This document shows, piece after piece, positions 1 to 9,233 of a stretch of 51,141 nucleotides of DNA. Below the pieces are notes generated by a model, which had not been told where the DNA came from, did no database searches, and saw only the letters and a program-made list of their open reading frames with translations. A program made the translations under genes and the position numbers. The DNA comes from Rhodoferax sp. (GTDB taxonomy: Bacteria; Pseudomonadota; Gammaproteobacteria; Burkholderiales; Burkholderiaceae_C): the NCBI GenBank assembly GCA_021737905.1, contig JAIPDA010000001.1:1-51141 (forward strand). Reading direction: 5' to 3'. The stretch's first letter is position 1. Every line of letters begins with the position of its first letter.

Positions 1-1118
1 GGGTAGGCATAGGTGAGTGCACCGGTCGGGCAGACCGTGGTGCAGGCGCCGCAGCCGACGCACAAGTTGGGGGTGACCTTGATCTGTTGACGCTCTTTTT
101 CGCTGCTGATGGCACCGGCCGAGCAGATGTCGACGCAGGCATTGCAACCCACGGTCTCGTTGCGGCTGTGGGCGCAGAGCTTTTGTTTGTAGGCAAAGAA
201 CTTGGGTTTTTCAAACTCGCCCACCATGTCGCGCAGTTGGACCACCGTGGGCAGCAAGCCCGGCGTGGCCAGACCCGTGAAACCCGGCAACGCAAAGTAG
301 CCTTGCGGGGGCGCATGCAGCTTGATCAGCGACTGCGCACCCAAATCCAGCACCAGGTCAAAGGCTTCGCTCAGCGCCTCTGGGGCGCGACCAAAGTCAA
401 TGGCGCCGGCCACTTTGCACACGGCCACGCAGGCGCGCTTTGAATCGCATTTGGCACTGTCCACCTGGTAGCTCAGGTCGATCGCGCCTTCGGGGCAGGC
501 CACCACACAGGCATTGCAACGCGTGCACAAGTCCAGGTCAATCGCATTGGATTTGTTCCACTTCAACTCGAAAGCGCCCAGCCAGCCTGTGAGCTGCAGC
601 GACTGGCCGCTGATGACCGGGTACTGGCGCTCTTGCGCGGGCTCAGGCGCATTGCCGGCCACACCTTGGGCAAAAATCGTCACGCTGAGGGTGTCAGACA
701 GCATGGCAGCGACTTGCTCGGCCTGGTCCAGCGGGCCCACGATCAGCAAACGGCCGCTGCTTTTGTAAGTGACGGTGGCCACCGGTTCTGGCTCGGGCAG
801 GTGCGCGGCGGCCAGCAGCGCGGCCATCTTGGGGCTGGCGCTGGCCGCGTCACGGCTCCAGCCGCCGGTCTCGCGGATGTTGACGAATTTGATGGTCGAG
901 ACGGCGCCCACCGTTTGCCCGGCAAGTTCAGCAAACAAGCGCTTTTCCTGGGTGCAGGCGATCACCACGTCGTCGCCGGACTGGATGGCCTTTTGAAAGG
1001 AAGCGGCCTCCCGGCGGCACAAAGCCGAATGCTGCGTCAGCGATTCATTCAGGGCTTCGCCCAGCGCCTGGCTCTTGAGCGGGATGGTTTGGTTGCAGTC
1101 GCAAATCAGTGTGGGCAT
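1..1118 (-). CDS. 4Fe-4S cluster-binding ferredoxin-like protein of formate dehydrogenase accessory clusters (3' end runs off the window)
   Basis: Not in the ORF track because it has no stop in the window. Read by hand: ATG at 1118 gives MPTLICDCNQTIPL. It has CxxCxxCxxxC(P/S) motifs (CTRCNACVVACP, GCNACVDICS, CVGCGACTTVCPTG) and follows DUF3305/DUF3306. Confidence 0.85.
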   Translation of the reverse strand, partial: MPTLICDCNQTIPLKSQALGEALNESLTQHSALCRREAASFQKAIQSGDDVVIACTQEKRLFAELAGQTVGAVSTIKFVNIRETGGWSRDAASASPKMAALLAAAHLPEPEPVATVTYKSSGRLLIVGPLDQAEQVAAMLSDTLSVTIFAQGVAGNAPEPAQERQYPVISGQSLQLTGWLGAFELKWNKSNAIDLDLCTRCNACVVACPEGAIDLSYQVDSAKCDSKRACVAVCKVAGAIDFGRAPEALSEAFDLVLDLGAQSLIKLHAPPQGYFALPGFTGLATPGLLPTVVQLRDMVGEFEKPKFFAYKQKLCAHSRNETVGCNACVDICSAGAISSEKERQQIKVTPNLCVGCGACTTVCPTGALTYAY

Positions 1119-1746
1119 GGTTTTCCTGGCGGGTACCTTCGGGCACAAAGCCCGGTAGCGGGCTGTCGGGTGGATCAATGTCGGGCAAGGCAGCCTGCGT
1201 CTGTGGCGCTGAATGTGCCACTGAATCAGCTGCAGGGCCATTGGCGCTTTCCCGCGCCTGGTCTGCGGCAAGGGCAGGCGTTTTGTCCTTGTCTTCCTCT
1301 TCTTCAAAAAGATTGAGAAACTTGGCGCTGGCCATCTGCCGCAGCATCGACAGCGGCAGGGGGTCGGGGATGGAGTAGTCGTCGATGTAAATATCCAGCC
1401 GGTCCATCACATTGAAGTGCGGGTCTTCAAACAGTTTTTTCATGGCGGCGTTGCGCACGCCGGGCTCAACGCCGCGGCCCATGAAAGGCTTGAAGTCGGA
1501 GTCCTTGGTCAACACCTTGACGTCATCGAGTGTCAAAGGAGTGGGCGCATCTTCCCCACTGCTTTGAGGCGTAGCGCCTGCCGATGCCGGTGCAGCGGCC
1601 ACCGCCCTCGTCGCAGCCAGTGGCGTTTGAACGGATGGTTTGGCCGGCGCGGGCTCGTCCAGCGGCTTGCCTTGCAGCGCGTCGTTTTTACGGCGCGCCC
1701 AGCGCCCCAAAAAACCGTCGGGCCGGTCTTTGTTGTGCTCAGCCAT
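1045..1746 (-). CDS. DUF3306 domain-containing protein
   Basis: GFLGRWARRK N-terminus and RNAAMKKLFEDPHFNVMDRLDIYIDDY core; paired with DUF3305. Confidence 0.8.
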   Translation of the reverse strand: MAEHNKDRPDGFLGRWARRKNDALQGKPLDEPAPAKPSVQTPLAATRAVAAAPASAGATPQSSGEDAPTPLTLDDVKVLTKDSDFKPFMGRGVEPGVRNAAMKKLFEDPHFNVMDRLDIYIDDYSIPDPLPLSMLRQMASAKFLNLFEEEEDKDKTPALAADQARESANGPAADSVAHSAPQTQAALPDIDPPDSPLPGFVPEGTRQENHAHTDLRLQPNHPAQEPGAGRSPE

Positions 1747-2323
1747 GGTGCGGCCCGCCCGACTTCACCGTGCTGACACGCGCCGGGTTGCCAAAGCGGT
1801 CTTGCAGGGACTTGAAACTCTCGGGGCGTTTGCGGCGTTTAACGTCCAGCACATAGTGCTGATCGACAAAGGCCTGCATCCACAACAGCACTTCCAGGGG
1901 AGCGGGTACCTGCTCGACAGACTCCTGCGCGTCCAGCCAACGGCCGGCGTCGTGGTAACTCAGGGTGACGGTTTGCGGCACGGCGATGCATTCACTTGTG
2001 ATGGCGGGTTCTTCTTCCATGCGCCAAACCACCCAGAAGCAGGGCTGCTGCGTGCTCAGGTTCAACTCGTAGCCTTCGGCGTCGTCGCTAAAGAGCTCGA
2101 CCTTAAAACCAGGATACAGCCAGCGCTCTTCTTGGTTGTCGCTGAGCAGCTGGCGCGGCGCATGGCCAAAATCATTCTCGTGGGGAATGATCTCAGACAG
2201 GCTCCAGCGCCAGGGCTGCCAGCGGTTGTCAATACGCTCACGCCGCATGACCACTGCCACCGCCACAAAAGGACGGCGCAGCCCGGCTTGGGTCTCTGGC
2301 GTGTGCAACTGAAAATCAGACAT
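1739..2323 (-). CDS. DUF3305 domain-containing protein
   Basis: NRWQPWRW, ELFSDDAEGYELNL and SYHDAGRWLDAQE motifs with a basic KRRKR tail; 8-nt overlap with DUF3306. Confidence 0.8.
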   Translation of the reverse strand: MSDFQLHTPETQAGLRRPFVAVAVVMRRERIDNRWQPWRWSLSEIIPHENDFGHAPRQLLSDNQEERWLYPGFKVELFSDDAEGYELNLSTQQPCFWVVWRMEEEPAITSECIAVPQTVTLSYHDAGRWLDAQESVEQVPAPLEVLLWMQAFVDQHYVLDVKRRKRPESFKSLQDRFGNPARVSTVKSGGPHHG

Positions 2324-2369
2324 GGGACGCAGTGTACGGCGGCCATGAACCCAGCCTGGCGGCAGGGGC

Positions 2370-3992
2370 TCAAGCCTGGGACAGGCGAATCATTTCAGCG
2401 GCTTTTTCGGCAATCATCATGGTGGGTGCATTGGTGTTGCCACTGACCTGCCGGGGCATGATGGAAGCGTCCACCACCCGCAAACCTTGCAAGCCATGCA
2501 CGCGCAAGGCGTGGTCCACCACCGCCATCGGGTCGGTGGACGGGCCCATCTTGCAGGTTCCGACCGGGTGGTACTCGGTGTCGCTGTGGCGGCGCAAAAA
2601 CTGCTCCGTGCGCGCAGCGTCGTGTAGCGCCAAGGGATAGAGCATGGGGCCGCGAAACGGCGCTAACGCCTCGTCGGCCATGATGGCGTGACCTCGCTCC
2701 AGGCCCTTGGTGAGCACCGCCATGTCGGCCGGGTCACGAAAGAAAGCCGGGTCGATCAGCGGCGCATCCATGGGGTTGGCGCTTTGCAGCTGAACGCTGC
2801 CGCGGCTGCGCGGTCGCATCAAGGTGACGTGCAGGGTGTAACCATGGCCGAGGTGCATTTTCCGGCTGTGGTCATCGATCATGCCGGTGCACAGCGCCAG
2901 CTGGATGTCGGGATGCTCGGGCCGGCCTTCGGTGGAAATGAAAGCCTGGGTTTCGGAAATATTGCTGGTGATCCAGCCGGTGCGCCGGCGCCGCCACTGC
3001 AAGACCGACTTGAGCATGGTCCAGGCGCCCGCAAAGGACACACCCAGCGAAGCGTCAGTGCGAGGGCTGCGGTAAATCAACACGGTGGTGACATGGTCCT
3101 GCAGGTTCTGACCGACGCCCGGCAGGTCATGCAGCGGCTCGATGCCGCGCTCTTTCAGGTGGCCGGCCGGCCCGATACCCGAGAGCATCAGCAACTGCGG
3201 CGACCCATATGCGCCACCGGCCAGAATGACCTCGCGCCCGGCCTGCACCGTCATCTCTTGAGCTCCCCGGCGGTAAGCCACACCGACCGCACGCCGGCCT
3301 TGCATCACCACCCGCGTGGCATGCGCCCGCGAGATCACCGTCAGGTTGCTACGGCCCACGTGCGGCGCCAGATAAGCCTGGGCAGCGCTGCAGCGCTCGC
3401 CGTTTTTTTGTGTGACTTGCGCGCGCCCCACACCGTGCTGCATGGCGCCGTTGTAGTCCTCAGTCAGGGGAATGCCTTGCGACTGGCAGGCAAGGGCAAA
3501 GGCATCGTTGAGCACGCTGGGGCTGCGCAAATAGCTCACATTCAGCGGGCCGCCCACGCCGCGGTAGTCGTTGCCGCCAAAGCATTCGTTGTGCTCGCTG
3601 CGTTTGAAAAATGGCAGCACATCGGCGTAGCCCCAGCCGGGGTTGCCCAGCGCAGCCCAGCCGTCGTAGTCGCGCGCATTGCCGCGGGTGTAGACCATGG
3701 CGTTCACGGCCGAGCTGCCACCCAGGACCTTGCCGCGCGGCTGAAAGCCCCGTCGCCCGTCAAAGCCGGCTTGCGGCACGGTGTGGTAACCCCAGCTGTG
3801 AATGCCCAGGTTGGCCGTGGCGACAAAGCCGAGCGGGGCGCGGATGAAGACTGAGTCATCGGGCCCGCCGGCTTCGAGCAGGCACACGGTGACGGCGGGG
3901 TCTTCGCTGAGCCGGCTGGCCAGCACGCAGCCGGCAGAGCCGCCGCCCACCACCACGTAGTCGTAAGAGGCGCTCAAGAGATCAGGCTGCAT
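2370..3992 (-). CDS. GMC family FAD oxidoreductase (choline dehydrogenase-like)
   Basis: YDYVVVGGGSAG FAD motif, RGKVLGGSSAVNAMVYTRG, YHPVGTCKMG and GNTNAPTMMIAEKAA. Substrate cannot be inferred. Confidence 0.92.
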   Translation of the reverse strand: MQPDLLSASYDYVVVGGGSAGCVLASRLSEDPAVTVCLLEAGGPDDSVFIRAPLGFVATANLGIHSWGYHTVPQAGFDGRRGFQPRGKVLGGSSAVNAMVYTRGNARDYDGWAALGNPGWGYADVLPFFKRSEHNECFGGNDYRGVGGPLNVSYLRSPSVLNDAFALACQSQGIPLTEDYNGAMQHGVGRAQVTQKNGERCSAAQAYLAPHVGRSNLTVISRAHATRVVMQGRRAVGVAYRRGAQEMTVQAGREVILAGGAYGSPQLLMLSGIGPAGHLKERGIEPLHDLPGVGQNLQDHVTTVLIYRSPRTDASLGVSFAGAWTMLKSVLQWRRRRTGWITSNISETQAFISTEGRPEHPDIQLALCTGMIDDHSRKMHLGHGYTLHVTLMRPRSRGSVQLQSANPMDAPLIDPAFFRDPADMAVLTKGLERGHAIMADEALAPFRGPMLYPLALHDAARTEQFLRRHSDTEYHPVGTCKMGPSTDPMAVVDHALRVHGLQGLRVVDASIMPRQVSGNTNAPTMMIAEKAAEMIRLSQA

Positions 3993-4014
3993 GGCGGTCC
4001 TGCAGAGTCCGGGT

Positions 4015-5586
4015 TCAGGTCACCGGTGCCGGGTTAAAAAGCACCAGTGCATTGTGCAACTTCCAGTGCTCGGCCCAGGTTTTTTTTCGGCCGCTGGCGA
4101 CTTCGAGCATGAGCTCGAAAAGCTCCCAACCCACAGCCTCGATGGTTTTTTCGCCGGTCGCAATGGTGCCGGCGTTGACATCCATCAGGTCGTGCCAGCG
4201 GCGGGCCAAGTCGCTGCGTGTGGCGACCTTGATGACCGGCACTTCGGCCAGGCCGTAAGGCGTGCCGCGGCCGGTGGTGAACACATGCAGGTTCATGCCG
4301 GCAGCCAGCTGCAGCGTGCCGCAAATGAAGTCACTGGCCGGTGTGGCGGTGTAGGTCAGGCCGCGGGTCTTGAGCTTTTCACCAGGTGCGAGCACACCGG
4401 AAATCGGCGACGTGCCGGACTTGACGATAGAGCCCATGGCTTTTTCGACGATGTTGGACAGGCCGCCTTTTTTATTGCCGGGCGTGGTGTTGGCGCTGCG
4501 GTCGGCGCCGCCGCGCTGCAAATAAGCGTCGTACCAGGCCATCTCGCGAACCATGGCCTCGGCCACTTCGGGACTGCTGGCGCGCGAGGTCAGCTGGTCA
4601 ATGCCGTCGCGCACCTCGGTGGTTTCAGAAAACATCACGCTGGCGCCGGCACGCACCAGCAAGTCAGTGCAAAAGCCGACCGCCGGGTTGGCGGTGACGC
4701 CGGAAAAAGCATCGCTGCCGCCGCACTGCACGCCCACCACCAGCTCTGAAGCCGGCACGGTCTCACGCCGGCGAGCGTTCAGCCGCGTCAAATGCACTTC
4801 GGCCTGCCGCATGATGGACTCGACCATGGACATGAAGCCCACATGCGCATCGTCTTGCAGGCAGACCACGTCCAGCGCGGTGTCGCCGCTCTGGCGTACA
4901 TCGATCAGCGGAATGCTGCCGGGCGGCAGCAAGCGCTCGGGCTGCAGCTTTTCACAGCCCAGACTGACCACCATGACTTCGCCGCCGAAGTTCGGGTTCA
5001 GGCTGATGTTGCGCAGCGTGCGTATGGGCACGATGGCGTCCGGTGCGTCAATTGCGACGCCGCAGCCGTAGGCATGTTCGAGTGAAACCACATCGTCTAC
5101 ATGCGCAAAGCGCGGCAGCATTTCGGCCTTGATGCGCCGCACTGCAAACTCTGTCACGCCGGCCACGCATTGCACGGTCTGGGTGATGGCCAGGATGTTG
5201 CGCGTGCCCACCGACCCGTCGGTGTTGCGGTAGCCCTCGAAGGTGTAACCCTCCAGCGCCGGCATGGGTGCGGGCTTGACGGTGGCCATGGGCAAGTTCA
5301 CCAGCTCGCGGGCCGCAGGCATGTCGAGCAGCTTTTCATGCACCCAGCTGCCGGCAGCAATTGCCTTGAGCGCGTAGCCGATGGGAATGCCGTAGCGCAG
5401 TACAGGCTGCCCGGCACTCAGATCACTCAGCGCCACCTTGTGGCCTTGCGGCACACGCTCGGTCAGCACCAGAGCGCCGGGCAGGACGGTGCCCGCAGGC
5501 AAGCCGCCGTCATTGCCAACGATGGCCACGTTGTCACGCTCGTGCATGCGAATGATGACGGGGGTAGCGCTGGCGTCTGAAGTCAT
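4015..5586 (-). CDS. garD: galactarate dehydratase (UxaA/GarD family)
   Basis: N-terminal SAF domain (VPQGHKVAL), [36 protein letters not shown] and C-terminal LFNPAPVT. Confidence 0.88.
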   Translation of the reverse strand: MTSDASATPVIIRMHERDNVAIVGNDGGLPAGTVLPGALVLTERVPQGHKVALSDLSAGQPVLRYGIPIGYALKAIAAGSWVHEKLLDMPAARELVNLPMATVKPAPMPALEGYTFEGYRNTDGSVGTRNILAITQTVQCVAGVTEFAVRRIKAEMLPRFAHVDDVVSLEHAYGCGVAIDAPDAIVPIRTLRNISLNPNFGGEVMVVSLGCEKLQPERLLPPGSIPLIDVRQSGDTALDVVCLQDDAHVGFMSMVESIMRQAEVHLTRLNARRRETVPASELVVGVQCGGSDAFSGVTANPAVGFCTDLLVRAGASVMFSETTEVRDGIDQLTSRASSPEVAEAMVREMAWYDAYLQRGGADRSANTTPGNKKGGLSNIVEKAMGSIVKSGTSPISGVLAPGEKLKTRGLTYTATPASDFICGTLQLAAGMNLHVFTTGRGTPYGLAEVPVIKVATRSDLARRWHDLMDVNAGTIATGEKTIEAVGWELFELMLEVASGRKKTWAEHWKLHNALVLFNPAPVT

Positions 5587-5615
5587 GCGAGGTACCTCGA
5601 AAAGCGTCGTGGCGA

Positions 5616-6707
5616 TCAGGTGTTTTTGGAGATGGTGATGGTCGGGAACTTACCCGAAAAATCCTTGTTCTTGGCGGCTATCGACACCGCCACCTTGCGT
5701 GCCACCGCTTTGTAAATGCCGGCGACTTCGCCGTCCGGGTCGGCCACCACGGTGGGCCGGCCGTTATCGGCCTGCAGGCGGATGTTGATGTCCAGCGGCA
5801 AGGCGCCCAGGTAGTCCATGTTGTAGTCGCCGGCCATTTTCTTGCCGCCGCCTTCACCAAAAATATGCTCGGCATGGCCGCACTTGGAGCAGATGTGCAC
5901 CGCCATGTTCTCAACGATGCCCAGGATGGGCACGCCCACCTTTTCAAACATCTTGATGCCCTTTTTGGCGTCCAGCAGCGCGATGTCCTGCGGCGTGGTG
6001 ACGATGACTGCGCCCGTCATGGGCACGCGCTGCGAGAGCGTGAGCTGAATGTCGCCGGTGCCGGGCGGCATGTCGACGATCAGGTAGTCCAGATCTTTCC
6101 AGTTGGTCTGGCGCAGCAGCTGCTCCAGCGCCTGGGTGGCCATGGGGCCGCGCCAGATCATGGCTTCGTCTTGCGCGACCAGAAAACCGATGGACATGAC
6201 CTGCAGGCCGTAGTTCTCCATCGGCTCCATGTTTTTGCCGTCCACGCTCTCGGGCCGGCCTTCGATGCCCATCATCATGGGCTGGCTGGGGCCGTAAATA
6301 TCGGCATCCAGCAGGCCGACGCTGGCGCCTTCAGCGGCCAGGGCCAGCGCCAGGTTGACCGCGGTGGTGCTTTTGCCCACGCCGCCCTTACCCGAGGCCA
6401 CGGCGACGATGTTCTTGACATTGGGCAGCAGCTGCACGCCGCGCTGCACGCTGTGGCTGGCGATCTTGACAGTGACGTTGACCGACACATTGGCCACGCC
6501 CGGCACCGCCTTGACGGCGGCAATCAGCGTTTTGCGCAGGCCGGCCAGCTGGCTTTTGGCGGGGTAGCCCAGCTCGACATCAAAAGCCACATCGCCGTCG
6601 GTGACAGCCAGGTTCTTGACAGCCTTGGTGCTGACGAAGTCCTTGCCCGTGTTGGGGTCGATGACGGCCTGTAATACTTCAAGGATGCTCTCTTTGTCTA
6701 AGGCCAT
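5616..6707 (-). CDS. apbC: Mrp/ApbC iron-sulfur cluster carrier protein
   Basis: Deviant Walker [27 protein letters not shown] and ENMxxHICSKC. Start moved to ATG 6707 (MALDKESIL) to avoid overlapping metG. Confidence 0.93.
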   Translation of the reverse strand: MALDKESILEVLQAVIDPNTGKDFVSTKAVKNLAVTDGDVAFDVELGYPAKSQLAGLRKTLIAAVKAVPGVANVSVNVTVKIASHSVQRGVQLLPNVKNIVAVASGKGGVGKSTTAVNLALALAAEGASVGLLDADIYGPSQPMMMGIEGRPESVDGKNMEPMENYGLQVMSIGFLVAQDEAMIWRGPMATQALEQLLRQTNWKDLDYLIVDMPPGTGDIQLTLSQRVPMTGAVIVTTPQDIALLDAKKGIKMFEKVGVPILGIVENMAVHICSKCGHAEHIFGEGGGKKMAGDYNMDYLGALPLDINIRLQADNGRPTVVADPDGEVAGIYKAVARKVAVSIAAKNKDFSGKFPTITISKNT

Positions 6708-6843
6708 GGGGTCTGTGTCTCGGTTAAGTGGGGGCGTGTGGTCAGGGCAGAAGTCTAACGCCGGCACCCGGGCCGCAAAGGGGCAGGGGCTTAGGGGCCG
6801 CCCCGCGACATAAAATCGCCGCTTCCTTGCCTTAAAGCCGACT

Positions 6844-8976
6844 ATGCCGCGCCAACTGTTCGTCACCACCGCCCTGCCGTATGCCAACGGCAATTTCCAC
6901 ATCGGCCATATCATGGAATACATCCAGGCCGACATCTGGGTGCGCTTCCAGCGCATGCAGGGCAACGCGGTCAATTTTGTGGGTGCTGACGACACGCATG
7001 GCGCGCCCATCATGATTGCGGCCGAGAAGGCCGGCAAGACACCCCAGCAGTTTGTGGCCGACATCGCCGCCGGCCGAAAGCCCTACCTGGACGGCTTTCA
7101 CATCAGCTTTGACAACTGGCACAGCACCGGCGCGCCGGAGAACCACGAACTGGCCCGCCAGATTTACCGCGACCTGCGCGATATTGCTGTAGACAAGGGC
7201 GGCTCGCTGATTGAGCGCAAGACGATTGAGCAGTTTTTTGACCCGGCCAAGAATATGTTTTTGCCGGACCGCTTCATCAAGGGCGAATGCCCCAAGTGCC
7301 ACGCCAAAGACCAGTACGGCGACAACTGCGAGGTCTGCGGCGCCGTGTATGCGCCCACCGACCTGATCAACCCCTTCTCGGCGCTGTCAGGCGTCAAGCC
7401 CGAGCTCAAAAGCTCGGAACACTTTTTCTTCAAGCTCTCGGACCCGCGCTGCGTCGAGTTTTTGCAGAACTGGACCCAGGACGGCAAGCTGCAGCCCGAG
7501 GTGGCCAACAAGGTCAAAGAGTGGTTCAGCGTGCGCACCAACCCCGACGGCAGCACCAGCGAAGGCTTGGGCGACTGGGATATCAGCCGGGACGCGCCCT
7601 ACTTCGGCATCGAGATTCCGGACGCGCCGGGCAAGTACTTTTACGTCTGGTTGGACGCGCCTGTGGGCTACCTGGCTTCATTGAAAAACCTGCTGGACAA
7701 GCGAGGTGAGGATTACGCCGCCTACATGGCCCAGCCCGATCTGGAGCAGTACCACTTCATCGGCAAAGACATCGTGACTTTTCACACGCTGTTTTGGCCG
7801 GCGATGCTGCATTTCAGCGGCCGCAAAGCGCCTACCAATATATTTGTGCACGGCTTTTTGACCGTGAACAACGGCGAAAAAATGAGCAAAAGCCGCGGCA
7901 CCGGCCTGGACCCGCTCAAGTACCTCAGCCTCGGCATGAACCCCGAGTGGCTGCGCTACTACCTGGCGGCCAAGCTCTCGGCGCGCAACGAAGACATTGA
8001 CTTCAACGCCGATGATTTCATGGCGCGGGTCAACAGCGACTTGATTGGTAAGTTTGTGAATATTGCAAGCCGGGCGGCGGGGTTTTTGACCAAGCGCTTT
8101 GATGGCAAGCTGAGCGCTAACTTCGGCCCGCAGGGCTTTGCGCTGCTCAGCGAGCTGCGTGAAGCATCGGACGGCATTGCCGCCCTGTATGAAACACGCG
8201 AGTTCGGCAAAGCCACCCGCGAGATCATGCTGATGGCTGACAAGGTGAACGCCTATGTCGATCAAAACAAGCCTTGGGACTTGGCCAAAGACGCTGCCAA
8301 CGACCAAGCCTTGCACCAGGTCTGCTCCACGCTGGTGAACACTTTCGCCGTGCTGGCGCGCTATCTCGCCCCGGTCTTGCCATCGCTGGCGCAGGCGGTT
8401 GAAGCCTTCACCGGCAGCGACATGAAAACCTGGAACGCCGTTGCGTCCGAAGTTGTCAGCATCCAGCCCTACCAGCACCTCATGCAACGCGTCACCCCCG
8501 AACAACTGGACGCGCTCTTCGAGCCGCCCGCAAAATTGGGGTCAGAGCCCGAATTTTCTGCTGGAAAATCGGGATCCGACCCCAATTCCTCCGGCTCCGA
8601 CCTCGCTTTGCCTCCCGGCGGCGAAGACATCGCCCCCACCATCTCCATCGACGACTTCGCCAAGATCGACCTGCGCATTGCGAAAATCGTGAATTGCGAA
8701 GCAGTCGAAGGCTCGGTCAAGCTGCTGCGGCTAACGCTCGATGTGGGCGAAGGCCGCTTGCGCAATGTGTTTTCCGGCATCGCCAGCATGTACAAGCCTG
8801 AAGACCTGATCGGTCAGCTCACCGTCATGGTCGCCAACCTCGCGCCGCGCAAAATGAAGTTTGGCGTGAGCGAGGGCATGGTGCTCGCCGCCAGCCACGC
8901 TGATGAGAAGGCGCAGCCCGGCATCTACATACTCAAGCCCTGGCCGGGTGCTGTGCCCGGCATGCGGATTCATTGA
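6844..8976 (+). CDS. metG: methionine--tRNA ligase
   Basis: [15 protein letters not shown], Zn knuckle CPKC/CEVC, KMSKS and a C-terminal OB-fold tRNA-binding domain ([10 protein letters not shown]). Confidence 0.98.
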   Translation: MPRQLFVTTALPYANGNFHIGHIMEYIQADIWVRFQRMQGNAVNFVGADDTHGAPIMIAAEKAGKTPQQFVADIAAGRKPYLDGFHISFDNWHSTGAPENHELARQIYRDLRDIAVDKGGSLIERKTIEQFFDPAKNMFLPDRFIKGECPKCHAKDQYGDNCEVCGAVYAPTDLINPFSALSGVKPELKSSEHFFFKLSDPRCVEFLQNWTQDGKLQPEVANKVKEWFSVRTNPDGSTSEGLGDWDISRDAPYFGIEIPDAPGKYFYVWLDAPVGYLASLKNLLDKRGEDYAAYMAQPDLEQYHFIGKDIVTFHTLFWPAMLHFSGRKAPTNIFVHGFLTVNNGEKMSKSRGTGLDPLKYLSLGMNPEWLRYYLAAKLSARNEDIDFNADDFMARVNSDLIGKFVNIASRAAGFLTKRFDGKLSANFGPQGFALLSELREASDGIAALYETREFGKATREIMLMADKVNAYVDQNKPWDLAKDAANDQALHQVCSTLVNTFAVLARYLAPVLPSLAQAVEAFTGSDMKTWNAVASEVVSIQPYQHLMQRVTPEQLDALFEPPAKLGSEPEFSAGKSGSDPNSSGSDLALPPGGEDIAPTISIDDFAKIDLRIAKIVNCEAVEGSVKLLRLTLDVGEGRLRNVFSGIASMYKPEDLIGQLTVMVANLAPRKMKFGVSEGMVLAASHADEKAQPGIYILKPWPGAVPGMRIH
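8534..8587. repeat. imperfect palindrome (REP-like element) in frame within the metG linker
   Basis: AATTGGGGTCAGAGCCCGAATTTTC - TGCTG - GAAAATCGGGATCCGACCCCAATT. The arms are complementary except for 2 mismatches and 1 bulge; total 54 nt. Confidence 0.8.
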
Positions 8977-8987
8977 AAGAGACGACC

Positions 8988-9197
8988 ATGACAAAACAAA
9001 AGCTCAAGTTGGCCGCAGTCCTGTTGGCCACATCGCTTTGCTTGAGCGGCTGCGCTGTTGTCGCTGTGGCGGACGGCGCCGCGTCTTTGGTCGTGGGCAC
9101 GGTCGAGCTCGTCGGTGAAGCCGCCATGGGAACCGCTCGTGTTGCAGGCAAGGCGGTCGGTGCCGCAGCCGACGCCGTGCTGCCGGCGCGCAAGTGA
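8988..9197 (+). CDS. small Ala/Val/Gly-rich lipoprotein
   Basis: Basic N-terminus, hydrophobic core and lipobox LSGC; starts 11 nt after the metG stop. Confidence 0.7.
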   Translation: MTKQKLKLAAVLLATSLCLSGCAVVAVADGAASLVVGTVELVGEAAMGTARVAGKAVGAAADAVLPARK

Positions 9198-9233
9198 GCA
9201 TGGCAACCCCTCTGATGTGCCCGGCCCTTGCGG

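Noticed and set aside
6708-6720. GGGGTCTGTGTC upstream of apbC as a second copy of the metG palindrome arm
   Set aside because: Only a short partial match with no complementary arm; compatible with chance.
6708-7064. N-terminal extension of the 482-aa apbC ORF overlapping metG
   Set aside because: It is antisense to the metG start. Mrp similarity begins at MALDK (6707).
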